From assembly GCF_001194135.2 (NCBI RefSeq), contig NC_069001.1, forward strand, positions 8,700,537 to 8,745,970: a stretch of 45,434 bases of DNA. The letters run 5' to 3'. The first letter of the stretch is position 1. Each line of letters opens with the position of its first letter. A program made the translations under genes and the position numbers. Under the pieces are notes generated by a model. The model had not been told where the DNA came from, did not search any database, and saw only the letters and a list, made by a program, of their open reading frames with translations. Positions 11,751 through 23,687 of this stretch are shown piece after piece. This stretch comes from Octopus bimaculoides. Its lineage: Eukaryota.

Positions 11751-14700
11751 AAAATACATACGTACATATACGCACATCCACATGAACATGTACGCACATA
11801 CGCAAAAATACATAAGCAAGAAAACATTTGTAAAAGTGTGTGTGTGTGTATGTGTGTGTATGTGTGTGTATGTGTGTGTGTGTGTGTGCGTGCGTGTGTG
11901 TATGTGTGAGTGACTAAGTGCATGTGTGAGTACGCAAGTTATATCGAAAGTATGCCAAAGAGCGCACAATGTCTAATTATTAATTATATTATTTTCGTAT
12001 GCACATTAATTTCTTGCGCGCGAATTGTTTTACTCTAAGCACTACTTACAAACCATGTGCGCGTCTACATATGCTCGCATTAGACAGAAACAGCTCTCAC
12101 AGTTCTTTAGTCGGTGCGAAAAGAGAGAGAGGGAGGGAACGCCAGACAGCGTCAGAGAAAAAGACGGAATAAGCAAATGTTGCCGGATGCTTGTTACATA
12201 ATATTATATACAACTCTTAGCTCATATTTAACCATCAGTGATTTTATTTGGGCGCTGTTTCATATTTAAAAAGAAATTACTAACAATTCGTTTTCATCCA
12301 AGATGAAACTTTATACATCATCTTTGCAGTTACATAATTTTTCAAGTGCAACTCCACTTAATGTACATTTGCTCAGGACGTTAACACTATAAACAAAATG
12401 TGTTTATCGTGAGTTCTATCTCACTCTTCACTTCGTTTCTCTTTACCAAATAAAATATTCTGTACTATTAAGATCCGGCGCCGATAAATTACATCACACA
12501 CACATTGTCCAAATGGCACTTCATTACATTCAGGAGCAGTAAATCGATGGATTTGTTCGGCATGGTTAACAACTTGGAAATTTAGAAATGTTTCTGTTGT
12601 AAGCACAGAGCCTGAAATGTTGGGGGAATTGGCTCGTCGATTACATGAACCTTTGCGTTCAACTGGTACTTATTTTATCGACGGTAATATTGACCTCGGT
12701 GGAATTTGAACCCGGAACGTAAAACTGGAAGAAATGCCGCAAAGTGTTTCGTACGATGTGCTAACAATTCTGCTATCTCGCCACCTTTGATAAAAGAAAA
12801 TCTTCAATTGAAGAACATTCTGTAGCATTCCGAAATCTTTTGACCTAATAATCTCATGAGGCACTTGTCACAGCTGTAATATTAGTTCTAATCATGGGCT
12901 TGGACAGTTTCTGATGCGAAATTGTCTTTCTTTTTTGAATATCACCAAGAAAAGAAATCTGTAAAAATTGTGATTCGTTATTTTGTAATAATTTTGCTAT
13001 AAATTTGTCCTTGCACTTTAATAAAAAAAAAAGTTGGCACAAGCCCACTTCCCCTGGTAATTTTTGCTTCAAATGATGTCATTTGTAAAATACAATTATA
13101 TGCTCGAATGTTTTTAAGACAGAGTTTTTTGAAGTGATGCCATTACAAGATCCCATTATAAGTTCTGGCAACTCAATTATAAACAAAATACACTTTACCA
13201 GTAGAACNNNNNNNNNNNNNNNNNNNNNNNNNNNNNNNNNNNNNNNNNNNNNNNCTATATAATCATGGCTTGGATTAACATGAAACGCGATACCCTGTAA
13301 ATGCATTCATACATACTTTTTCTACAGATTTTCTCTGCAAAACTGTTTCATACTAAATCAGTTTTAATTATTTTTTTAAAGTTTTATTGTTTTCTTTTAA
13401 CTTAAAATTTCTTTCTTCTTTTTTTTACAATTTTATTTTCGTTGCTTTTTTCAATTTTGTGCTCTTTCTTCACAATTTCTTTGCTTTGTTTTTGTTTTTT
13501 CATCTTTTGTTTCTATAATTTTCCTTCGTTCTCTACAATCTTATTTTCCTCTTCTTTTCTCCTCCTCCTCCTCTCATTCTCCCATTTTGGCTACCTTATT
13601 TTTCTAACTATTACAACCTGGCATTTTTTTTTTTGTTTCCTTTTCTTTTCATAAAAATTTTAAATTTTTCTCATCTTTCAATATCTTTTCTGCACGAACA
13701 TTCTTTCTATGTTCATGACCGCTTATGTCAAAGAGTGCGCTGTCATAACGATTGACATTTTAACCGCTATATTTCAACACAGACGTGATTCATTCTACAA
13801 GCAGTCGGCTGCTTATATTGAACAGTAAAAAAAAGAACAGACAAAGAAAAAACAATAAGATGCTACTTTGGTGTGTGATCTACGAAGGGGATTACTTTAG
13901 GTAACTCTTTTCAATTATTTTGTACGTACTTAGCACTATCAGTGTATTTTTTTCAAAATTCTTACTATTCTAATAAGGAAATCATATAAAAATTAAAATA
14001 AGTGCGTAGAGCACCCACAAAAGTAAATTTGCTCAGGTAGATCACACGAAAAGTAGCACTAACACAAAGTAAACTCAAAAGTAATCTAAGGTAATCTCCT
14101 TTTAAATTGCAATATTTAAGTGAAAAAAAAAAAAAAACATCATATAATGAAAACAGGTAAGATGAATTTTATAAAAAATGGAGGCTCTACCTTGAGTTTG
14201 TAAACACATGGTAGTCCTCTAGTGTTACTTCTTGCTGAACTGTATTAAGATTTTATGAACGATTGGCGATTGAGTGTGTAGTCTCTCTTTACTCTTTTAC
14301 TCGTTTCAGTCATTTGACTGTGGCCATGCTGGAGCACCTCCTTTAGTCGAGCAAANNNNNNNNNNNNNNNNNNNNNNNNNNNNNNNNNNNNNNNNNNNNN
14401 NNNNNNNNNNNNNNNNNNNNNNNNNNNNNNNNNNNNNNNNNNNNNNNCCCGGACTTATTCTTTGGAAGCCTAGTACTTATTTTCAAAATAACGGAGCTCG
14501 CAAAAACATGTCTGAACAGTTTCAGTGTAGGAACAACAGTGGTGGTGAGGGCGGAGAAGTCTTCGTTGAGCTGGCTGTTCAACCTCCAGTCCTCACTCCC
14601 TCACCCAGTCACCATTATTTTTGGTAAAATTTTCGAAGAAATTCTTCGATGTAATTGGTGTATTAGCCCCCCGCAAACTAGGCTTTTTTAAAACAAAACT

Positions 14701-14851
14701 TAGCTCCCTGGGAGGACAGCTGCCCTATAACACGAATTGAACAATAAAAACAAGAGTTCAGTAACTTGTGACAACAAAACTCAAACAATTTCGGGAGCTC
14801 AAAACGTATGACTTACCTCGAGCAACAACAGTCCAGTGTTATCACTAATTA

Positions 14852-15345
14852 TTTCTTTATTAGCCACAAGGGCTTACATAAAACAACATGAAATGACAAA
14901 ACAGGACGATACAACGGGTTTGAAACGTGTAAACAGTGGATAACAAAAAAACTTGAAGTAAAAACTCCCCTAAAGGGGGAGGCGCTTTAAGGCTACTCGT
15001 GGAAAACCCCACAAAAGCTCCGGGTGGCTTGACCAACAGGGCAAGAACCTCCTCCTTTTATTTTCACAGGCGCATCCTCAAAATGGGTCCTTTCATACTG
15101 ACCATTTTTCCAACATTCACCCATATTTCAACAAACTTGTCAGAAGACAACACTTCCCTCTCCACCCTCACTTACCTTTTCAAGTGAAACTTGAAAGTCT
15201 ACGAGGGCTTGACCAAAGAGGAAAGTATCTGTCTTTAGCCTTTTCAAACGTGTCCATCACACTACCTCTTTCGCTACAGCCGCCAAACAAATAAAAATTG
15301 CCTGCCTCTCTCGGCCAAAGGAGGGCGGAGCAATCATCACTGTGG
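14852..15345 (-). mobile_element. Tx1/L1-like LINE 3' end (ORF2 C-terminus plus 3' UTR), degenerate
   Basis: Minus-strand translation across frameshifts gives AVAKEVV*WTRLKRLKTDTFLFGQALVDF...KVRVEREVLSSDKFVEIWVNVGKM. UTR ends ...gcccttgtggctaataaagaaa. The family call rests on recalled similarity. Confidence 0.6.
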
Positions 15346-15351
15346 ATTCAG

Positions 15352-15564
15352 CTCTTGCCCTGTTGTTCAGGCATCCTTGGCTTTTGTGGGTTTTTCCACG
15401 AATAGCCTTAAAGCGCCTCCCCTATTGGGAGTTTAATTTGTTTAATTTTTAACTTATTTATATTGGGTACACGTGAAAACCCATTGAGTCGTCCTGTTTT
15501 TGTCTTTCATGTTATTCCATGTCAATTAATGTTTTGCATGTGAGCCCTTGTGGCCAATAATAGA
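15352..15564 (+). mobile_element. Second, oppositely oriented 3' UTR of the same LINE family
   Basis: Diverged reverse complement of 14852-15046. Confidence 0.7.
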
Positions 15565-16955
15565 ATTAATTATTTCATTTGACAGAGTAATCTGAATGCT
15601 AAATGGTTAAGTTACTCCGATGTTCTTGAGTACACAAATGGCATAACCAGACCAATGCGAGAGAGGAGCGAGGAGTGGGTAAACAAACCGGAAATGCATT
15701 GTTGATGTTCGATGACGGCCTGCCCTTCGAATTGTTTTAACATAATCGTGAGTCATCTTTTGTCTCTGTTTCCGATCTGCAGTAAGTCTTTCAAGGTCTT
15801 TGGCAGGAATTTCACAGACAAGAAGAATGTGCTTCAGCTGATCTTTCCGACGCTTCGTAAGGCCAAAATTATTAAAATTTTGTTATAGTTCTTTTTCCAT
15901 TATGGGATACATTTTCGTTTGTTCAACACATTATTTGGAGCACAAGAAATAAAAGAAATGAATACACTCCAAACAAGTGAGGAAGCTGAAGGAAAAGAAT
16001 ATTTTCGGTTTGGAAAGCAACTTTGTCGCATTAAATTATCATATACATGTATGTTTCTTATGGCAAAACGCCATTCTTATTTCAGTTGAAAATTATATTA
16101 AATCGAGAAGTGACCTTGTAGAGTACATTAAGATGTATTAATAAGTAATCATTAGATGTCTCCTCGCTATACCTCATTATGAGGCTTTCCGACATATTTG
16201 GGGCAAGGTTTTGTTTTCATGTGTTTAACTATACATACACCTATATCTTGTTATGTGTTAACCAAGTGAAACAGGTTCAAATATACACACACAGTTGTAA
16301 GTACATAGTAGGTATTTTATACCGGCTTCGTTTGAAATGATAAATAGAAAAGAAGAAAAAAAAGCACGATTAGTAGGATATGCGATCAAGCGAAATTAAG
16401 GAATTGAAAACATGCTCTCATTTCCTACAGCCAAGTATTTAATTATACCATTATATTAATGCTGTTTAAACACATTCAACGTGACTTGTCAGTCTTTTTA
16501 GAAGTAAATAACTCAAGTAAAGTGACCCTGATAATGTTTCCATTGCAATAACAAACGATTTTATATAAATAGCAAGGAGACACTATGTAAGTTTTCTTCT
16601 TTTCAAACACTATGAACTTTAGATATTTAAATGTTGGTGTCGTTTAGCACCAAGTCCACCTTGACTGAACAGAACTATGAGCAAAACCATTCCAGCCACG
16701 ACTACCACATCGTTAAAAAATACAAAATTTAAACCCGTGACCGTACCAGGTGATGGCACTCCATAGACGCGTACTCTTAACGTAGATCTCAGGGAGATTC
16801 AGCGCGACACAGAGTATGATAAGGCTGACCCTTCTAATTACAGGTATAATTAATTTTTATCAGATGAATGGATATGAATAACGCGAAATAAAGTGTCTTG
16901 CTCAAGATGTCTATCGTAACTGACAGTAGAATGAAGAATTCCCAATTTTGTTTGT

Positions 16956-17880
16956 CGAGGGGCGGTGACACTGCTGAGAAAGGACCCAAACAAAGGGAAC
17001 GTGATAGAGAATTTTAGGCCCATCACTCTGCTCAATGCAGAGCTGAAGATCTTGGCCACGGTGTTAGCCAAGAGGTTGGCGCTTGTCGTGAACAAGCTGG
17101 TTGGCAGCACGCAAACCTGCGCAGTACCAAACAGAATTATTCGCGACAACCTCCACCTTAGTGGAGGAAAAGTGCGACGACGTTCTTGGGAGGACTCTGG
17201 GCGTGTCGATGATAATCAACTTGCCAGTCTGTTCCGGAGGTCTTTCGGCCTGGGTCCTAGGGACAACTTTCAAAGGTCCCTCACCTAGCAGTGCTACCGG
17301 TGGGGAGGTGCTGCCCGTTTGGGATAAACTCCAAAGGCACGGATGTACCGTCAGCCAAGTCTGCCGGAAGAGCTCGCTGAGCGATGAAACCGTACTGCAT
17401 TCCTTCGTCCAGTGCCCGAACATTCTAGGGACATCCTGCTCCTTAATGCTAGTGGGGGGCTGGAACGTTATCTTAGACGAACACATAAACTATGTGGGAA
17501 TAACTAGGGAGAAAGTAGGGTGCAAAAACCTCCCAAACCTGCCCAAAAGTTTCTACTTAGCTGACTGAACCTTCCCAATGCCCCAACGGGGACTTGGTCA
17601 AACTGCAACGGGTCATCCAGATCATACTTAGGATTTTCTGCAGAATAAGAGATAGGGATAGCATAGGGTGTCCACATTTTCTAATAGGTGGTTACACAGA
17701 CCATAAATTTGTGGTATGTACGCTCGACCTACATAGACAGGGACCTGGTTACTGGATGCTAAACGCATTGTTCCCGGCACGCCAGGCTTACAGGGACCGG
17801 CTCAGAGAGCTAGTTAAGAGAATATTGATGGGGGCAATAATTAATAATAGATGGTGGCTCGCCTTAAAAAGAACATAAAA
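16956..17880 (+). mobile_element. Scrambled Tx1/L1-clade ORF2 fragments: RT, zinc-finger region, APE endonuclease
   Basis: RT: ENFRPITLLNAELKILATVLAKRL...QTCAVPNRIIRDNLHL. Zinc finger: LPVWDKLQRHG...ETVLHSFVQCP. Endonuclease: LVGGWNVILD, SYL/RIF, YTDHKFV, GPGYWMLN. Confidence 0.85.
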
Positions 17881-18139
17881 GCAGAGTCAATTAGGAGCCT
17901 GACAGATTAAGTACCAGGCTTACAAAGAGCCCGACAGAATAAGTACCAGGCTTACAAAGTATAAGTCCAGGGGTCAATTTCTTCAACTAAAAAGCAGTGC
18001 ACAGTCAAAATGACTGAACAAGTCAAAGAGTAACATTTTAAAACTATGATTCGCAACCGGGGTCCACATTAGATTTTTTTTGTAGGAATCAAAGGAGTCC
18101 ATAAGACTAAAATGGTGGCCAAGATCCACTGATTAATAG

Positions 18140-18450
18140 TGTAATTGTTTAGTTCCATTTATTGAATCGAGCTTACTATTGTGAGGTTGTGAGTTCAATT
18201 CCTGGACCAGGCTACATGTTGTGCTCTAGAGCAAGATACCTTATTTTATGTTGCTCCAGTTCACTCAGCTGTAGAAATGAGTTGTGGCGTCGCTGTTGCC
18301 AAGCTGTATCGGCCCCTTTGCCTTTTCCTTGGAAAACATTGGTGGCTTGGAGAGGAGAGGCACGGGCGACTGCTGGTCTTCCATAAACAACCTTGCTCGG
18401 ACTTGTACCTAGGTGCCTTCCCATGGTCATTCATGACCAAAGGGGGGTCA
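18140..18450 (+). mobile_element. SINE family D
   Basis: gagttcaattcc B box. Shared body gttgctccagttcactcagctgtag...cgactgctggtcttccataaacaacc. Confidence 0.75.
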
Positions 18451-18584
18451 CCTTTCACCCTATTGTCTAGTTCCATAATCAACTCACTTTACTCAAAAGT
18501 TGTGCTCCAGCATGGTCTTAATTTAATGACTGGTGACAATAAAAGAATAAAAAAAACGTATACATGTATATATATATATGTATC

Positions 18585-18900
18585 TTTATTTTTGTTCAGT
18601 GTCCAAATTAAAAGAAACATTGGATGAAATGAGTGGAATTCATTTCTAAAAGGACCCCAAAAAAACAATAAAATATAGAAATAAATGAAATGATGATCTC
18701 ACCGAAGAATGAGTATTTATTCTATTAAAAAGAAATAAATTTTGTAGTCATGTTTATAGAGAGAGAAAAAAAAAAATCAACTTCCACCAATAAAAGAGAA
18801 GTGAATAAAAGACAAAAACCAACCCAAAATATGCATCAGTTATATTTTTTAAAATAGTTACTCAGATCTGTTTTTTATGCGTTTGTATGTTGTGTGTAAG

Positions 18901-18937
<37 letters not shown>

Positions 18938-18942
18938 TTATT
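18585..18942 (-). promoter_or_regulatory. Candidate polyadenylation signals in the GS 3' UTR
   Basis: Minus-strand AATAAA at 18942-18937, 18721-18716 and 18590-18585. The AT-rich context makes chance hits likely. Confidence 0.3.
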
Positions 18943-19123
18943 TTAACACTCACAAGTGTATATATTGATATACATATACAATATGTATACATATAGAGAA
19001 ATTGAAACCTCCCATGGAGGTAAAAAAAAAAAAAGGGATTAAAAAAGAAAATGAATGTCTATCATTTGTAAATCTTTTTTCAAGGAGAGAAAGAGAGAAG
19101 AGAGAGAGAGAGAGAGAATTGGC

Positions 19124-19406
19124 TTATAATAACACGGTCTTGATAATGATTTCCGTAACTGAATATGGGTCACAATTGGATGAGGGGCGTCTATCTTCAA
19201 GGTAACCCTTCTTTTCATCTGCCACAGACCTTGGTATGCGAATGCTTGCCCCACGGTTGGCAACACCAGCTGAAAACTCATGAATAGAAGAGGTTTCATG
19301 GCGTCCGGTAAGTCGTCTCACATTGTCCTGGCCTTTGTTTGGATCATATGCTTTAATGTGTTCTTCATGATTTTCAGCTAACTTTTCAATAGCTGCCTCA
19401 ATATAC
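19124..19406 (-). CDS. GLUL: Glutamine synthetase last coding exon (YIEAAIEKL...[11 protein letters not shown]...[10 protein letters not shown]...[27 protein letters not shown])
   Basis: Catalytic [17 protein letters not shown] and EDRRP motifs. ttttcag acceptor, phase 2 matching the upstream exon. TAA stop at 19126-19124. Confidence 0.97.
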
Positions 19407-19912
19407 CTGAAAATACATAGGGAAAAAAAAAAAAAAATTCTTGCATTAGTACAAAGCTAAAATTTTACGATACAGTTGACTGAGTCACCGTCATTGTTTT
19501 CATGTCCACTCTTCCATGCTCGCATAGTTCAGACGAAGCTTGTTGACAGAGTTTGTTGAGGCAGATTTTCTACAACCAAATGCTCTTCCTGTCACCAACA
19601 CTCACCCATTTCCAGTGAGGTAATATTTTCCCATAACCAAAACTTTGTAAAGTAGTTAGCATGAAAATGAGTATCTAGCTGTAGAAACCATGTCAAACAT
19701 GACATTGGAGCTTGACACAGCCCCACAGCTCATTGGTTTCCTGTCAAGCTGTCCAACCCATGCCAGCATGGAAAGCAGGCTTTCAATAATGATGATGATT
19801 ATGAACCAGATAGGTTTCTTCAAAATATGAAGGAAGTGCTTGAAAGGTGGTGTCAGACAGCAAAAAAAGAAAATGAATCAACCAGCAAAAAAATATAGAC
19901 AGATATACTTAC

Positions 19913-20112
19913 TTCAAACCATTGTCTTTCCTCATGTTTAAGGTACTGAAGTTGGTATGTGCTCCTGCGCCATTCCAGTCTCCGGTCATTGGTTTTGGAT
20001 CAAAACTAATGACAACACCCAAATCTTCAGCAACACGATGAAGAATATACCGGGCCATCCACAAGTGATCTCCCATTTCAATACCTTCACATGGTCCAAC
20101 TTGAAATTCCCA
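19913..20112 (-). CDS. GLUL: Glutamine synthetase coding exon ([30 protein letters not shown]...[29 protein letters not shown])
   Basis: WEFQVGP and [13 protein letters not shown] motifs. ttctag acceptor and AA|gtaagt donor. 200 nt, same size as human exon 6. Confidence 0.97.
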
Positions 20113-20274
20113 CTAGAATACCAAGACAAAAAAAAAAAAAAAAAATGAAAACAGAAATAAGAATAATTTCTTACATAAATATGAGGTTTCAAAGTAGGGG
20201 GAGGGAGAGGTGTAGTCAATAATATACCAACCCTGAAAGAATGAAAAGTGCAGCTGACCAAATATATCGCCACC

Positions 20275-20675
20275 ATTTAATGTCCCTCTTCCATGCTGGC
20301 ATGGCTCGGGTGTTTAACAGGATCCAGTAGACCCAAGAACTGCATTATGCTCCAGTACCTGTTTCGGTACAATGTTGGAGCCACATGAGGGCCTCCCATG
20401 CTGGAGCCACGCAAAAAGCATCCGTGCTGGAGCCATGTAAAAAAGCACCATGGCAGCACCAAATGCCAATGCCACATACAAAACACTGGTGCTGGAGCCA
20501 TGAAAAAAAATCACCTAGTACTCTCTGTGAAATGGTTGGCATTAAGAAGGGTGTCCAGCAGTAGAGACTCTGCCAAAGCAGGCAATTGGAGCCTGATGCA
20601 GCTCTCCAGCTGGTTAGCTGCTGTTAAACCATACAACCCATGCCAACATGGAAAACAGATGTTAAATGATGATGA
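20275..20675. repeat. Repeat family E with inverted ends and internal ~25-bp gtgctggagccaYgtaaaaagcacc units, in a GS intron
   Basis: Left end catttaatgtcc..ttccatgctggcatgg is complementary to right end cccatgccaacatggaaaacagatgttaaatg. Related pieces at 9020-9090, 19495-19800, 23870-24100, 24205-24410, 28195-28258 and 35150-35330. Confidence 0.7.
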
Positions 20676-20691
20676 CAGGTATGATTCTCAC

Positions 20692-20819
20692 CTGAGCAGG
20701 CATAACTTCAGCATTACAGCCACAAATCTTTATTCCAGCATAAAGACAGGCCTTGTAATGGGCTTCCACAATGTCACGACCAAACACTTTGTTAGCACCA
20801 ACACCACAGTAGTAAGGAC
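20692..20819 (-). CDS. GLUL: Glutamine synthetase coding exon ([43 protein letters not shown])
   Basis: Conserved GS sequence. cttcag acceptor and CAG|gtgaga donor. 128 nt, same size as human exon 5. Confidence 0.97.
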
Positions 20820-21182
20820 CTGAAGAAATACAAGACATGCAATAGAATTTAGCAAGACATTTAAGGGCAGGAAAACCACATGATTTTGGGTTCAATCCCA
20901 ATTAGTGGCACAAAGGACAAGTATCTTCAACTATAACCTCAGGCTGACCAATACTTCAGCTGCATGGGTGGGGGAGTGCCTGTACCAGATCCATGCAGGG
21001 AAGCACTCATGCCAGATCCACACAGGGCGAGCGTCTATGCTGGAACTGCACAAAGGAGCACCCATACCAGATCCACACAAATGAAACTTAACAGTATGCA
21101 CATATGCTTCCATGTGGTTTCTAACCGACACTGAGTAACAGAGGCTGCGTATGTTTTATATCTCCCATAAACAATATATCCC

Positions 21183-21312
21183 CTGCTGGAGCCTCGTGGA
21201 GCTTTAGGTGCTTTCGCTCAATAAACACTCACAACGCCCGGTCTGGGATTCGAAACCGCGATCCCATGACCGTCAGTCCGCTGCCCTAACCACTGGGCCA
21301 TTGCGCCTCCAC
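21183..21312 (-). mobile_element. SINE family A 5' fragment in a GS intron
   Basis: Matches the family A head. Confidence 0.8.
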
Positions 21313-21391
21313 TCAGGCCATACATAAAAAGCCAGATTAAAGAAAAGGGACAAGATATTTTGTCCAACATTCTAACAATTCTGTCAACTCA

Positions 21392-21433
<42 letters not shown>

Positions 21434-21524
21434 TCTTGAATGATTTACTTCCATATATGAGGTATTTTTCGTGTTGCTTCAGATTGCTAACTGAAGGAAA
21501 AAATAAAAAAATTCATAAACTTAC

Positions 21525-21671
21525 CTTGTGGGCCTGGAAAACCATTTTTAGGCCATCCAAAAGGATAACCATCAAAATCCAGCAATGTGTATTCTTGTTC
21601 CATTCCAAACCATGGGTGCTGCTCTTTCACTGCCTCCATTACACTCACACATGTACATCTTTTATTGGTTT
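21525..21671 (-). CDS. GLUL: Glutamine synthetase coding exon (ETNKRCTC...[32 protein letters not shown])
   Basis: WFGMEQEY and GWP..GFPGPQG motifs. tttcag acceptor and G|gtaagt donor. 147 nt, same size as human GLUL exon 4. Confidence 0.96.
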
Positions 21672-21711
21672 CTGAAATAAAAATAATAACAATAACAATA
21701 ATAGCAATCCA

Positions 21712-21915
21712 ATCAACTATAAGCACAAGGCCTAAGATTTTGGGAGAGGTGGAGGCTAGTCGATTACATTGACACCCAGTGCTCAACTGGTATTTACTTG
21801 ATTGATCCTGGAAGAATGAAAAGCAAAGTTGACCTTAGGGGTATTTGAACTCTGAACACAAAGACAGATGAAAACTGCTATGCATTTCGTCAGGTGTGCT
21901 AACAATTCTGCCAGG
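21712..21915 (-). mobile_element. Degenerate SINE family C in a GS intron
   Basis: Reverse complement similarity to the family C core and tail. Confidence 0.65.
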
Positions 21916-22370
21916 GTACCACCATAATAATAATAATAACTTATTCTTTTATTGGCCACAAGGGCTAATATAAATAAACATACAGGATATATAGAATATC
22001 ATTAAAAGACAAAAACCAGACGATACAATGGCTTTTCCTCATGTTTTTTTGCAAACTGAGTAACATCTCATTTAATAATATGCTTATGATCATTACATTT
22101 CATTTATTTATTTATTTATCAAGTTTTGCATAGACACAATCTGAAAGTATCAGTGAAAGGATTAAATTGTATAATGTAAAATTACTAAAGCATTTATATA
22201 TTCTTTCATCTTGATACACAAGAATTACTATGTACTCTAAGCCAAGTCATTTAAATTAAACAAGTCATTTAAATTAAACAATTAGCACCAGGATAATACT
22301 GGGTAATTCTGCTGGTAAGCCATAGTCATGAAAATGTTGATTTAGTTATAGAGTGATGTTTGTATAAATA

Positions 22371-22570
22371 CAAGAGGGTGCTGAAAAGTTCCTGACTTTG
22401 GGTAAAGGAAAATACAGGAGGATCTGTTAATTATCAATTTATTCGCCTCTCAGATTCACACACTCATTGCAACGGTCCTTCAGTTTTACTAAACCCTGTA
22501 AATGAACTCGGAAGGTTGGGCTTCCATCTAGGCCTTTCGTGATACCCAGGAACTTTTCAGCACCCCCTCA
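22371..22570. mobile_element. Mariner-type MITE in a GS intron
   Basis: Inverted ends gagggtgctgaaaagttcctg / caggaacttttcagcaccccctc, TA-flanked. Homologues at 25401-25617 and 42409-42564. Confidence 0.85.
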
Positions 22571-23011
22571 TAGATCAATGGCAGCATTCAGCTCCTGTCT
22601 ATAGAACCTGGTCTACACTGGGCGGCCAATTCTAGTTATTCACCTAGCTGTCAACTAGCAGATACTCTAAAGGATTACACCCAGAAACTGCTTATTTCAG
22701 ACAACTAACTCAGAAGTCCATATCTGCTACAGTACTGTTTGCATCTATGACTAATATGCTTGATTTAGTTATAACAAGGAAGCTTCTAGAAATGGTTGTT
22801 TGACCTGCTTGAAGTAACCAAATCTCTCTGAAACCACAACTTACAGACCATGAATTCTACCAACCCTGTACAGAATAGAAAATTAAATTAGCCTAATTAT
22901 AAGATACTAGTTCATGATGCTAAATGGTGAGTCACTTTCCAAGTTAATTCAAAACTATCATTAGTTTTTTATCATCAATTTTTCCCTGTAACATACTCAA
23001 ATTTTCAATTA

Positions 23012-23335
23012 TGAATGACCGTGGGATTGCACCTAGAAAGTTACCCTCCAAGGCACAAGTCCGGGCAACGCTGTTTATGGAAGATAGCAGTCACCCATGC
23101 ATACCAGAATCCCCTTTTCACGCCACCAATGTTATCCAAGGGAAAAGCAAAGGAGCCAATGATACAGCTTGGCACCTGTGAGGCTGCAACTCATTTCTAC
23201 AGCTGAGTGAAGTGGAGCAATGTGAAATAAGGCGTCTTGCTCAAGAACGCAACATACAACCCAGTCCAGGAATTGAACTCACTACCTCATGATTGTGAGC
23301 TTGACACTAACCACTGAGTCATGCGCCTTCACATT
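23012..23335 (-). mobile_element. SINE family D in a GS intron
   Basis: Reverse complement similarity to the 10970 and 18140 copies. Confidence 0.75.
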
Positions 23336-23355
23336 TTAGCACAACTGTTTCTTGT

Positions 23356-23687
23356 NNNNNNNNNNNNNNNNNNNNNNNNNNNNNNNNNNNNNNNNNNNNN
23401 NNNNNNNNNNNNNNNNNNNNNNNNNNNNNNNNNNNNNNNNNNNNNNNNNNNNNNNNNNNNNNNNNNNNNNNNNNNNNNNNNNNNNNNNNNNNNNNNNNNN
23501 NNNNNNNNNNNNNNNNNNNNNNNNNNNNNNNNNNNNNNNNNNNNNNNNNNNNNNNNNNNNNNNNNNNNNNNNNNNNNNNNNNNNNNNNNNNNNNNNNNNN
23601 NNNNNNNNNNNNNNNNNNNNNNNNNNNNNNNNNNNNNNNNNNNNNNNNNNNNNNNNNNNNNNNNNNNNNNNNNNNNNNNNNNNNNNN
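23356..23687. other. Assembly gap within the GS intron interval expected to contain the missing exon
   Basis: ~330 N, enough to hold a 162-nt exon. Confidence 0.9.

Noticed and set aside
14500-14630. Minus-strand DWRLNSQL..DF resembling the Tx1 GYWKLN motif
   Set aside because: Too short and degenerate to call.
20390-20510. ~25-bp repeat units resembling a CRISPR array
   Set aside because: Eukaryotic intron, degenerate units, no unique spacers and no cas genes. Part of repeat family E.
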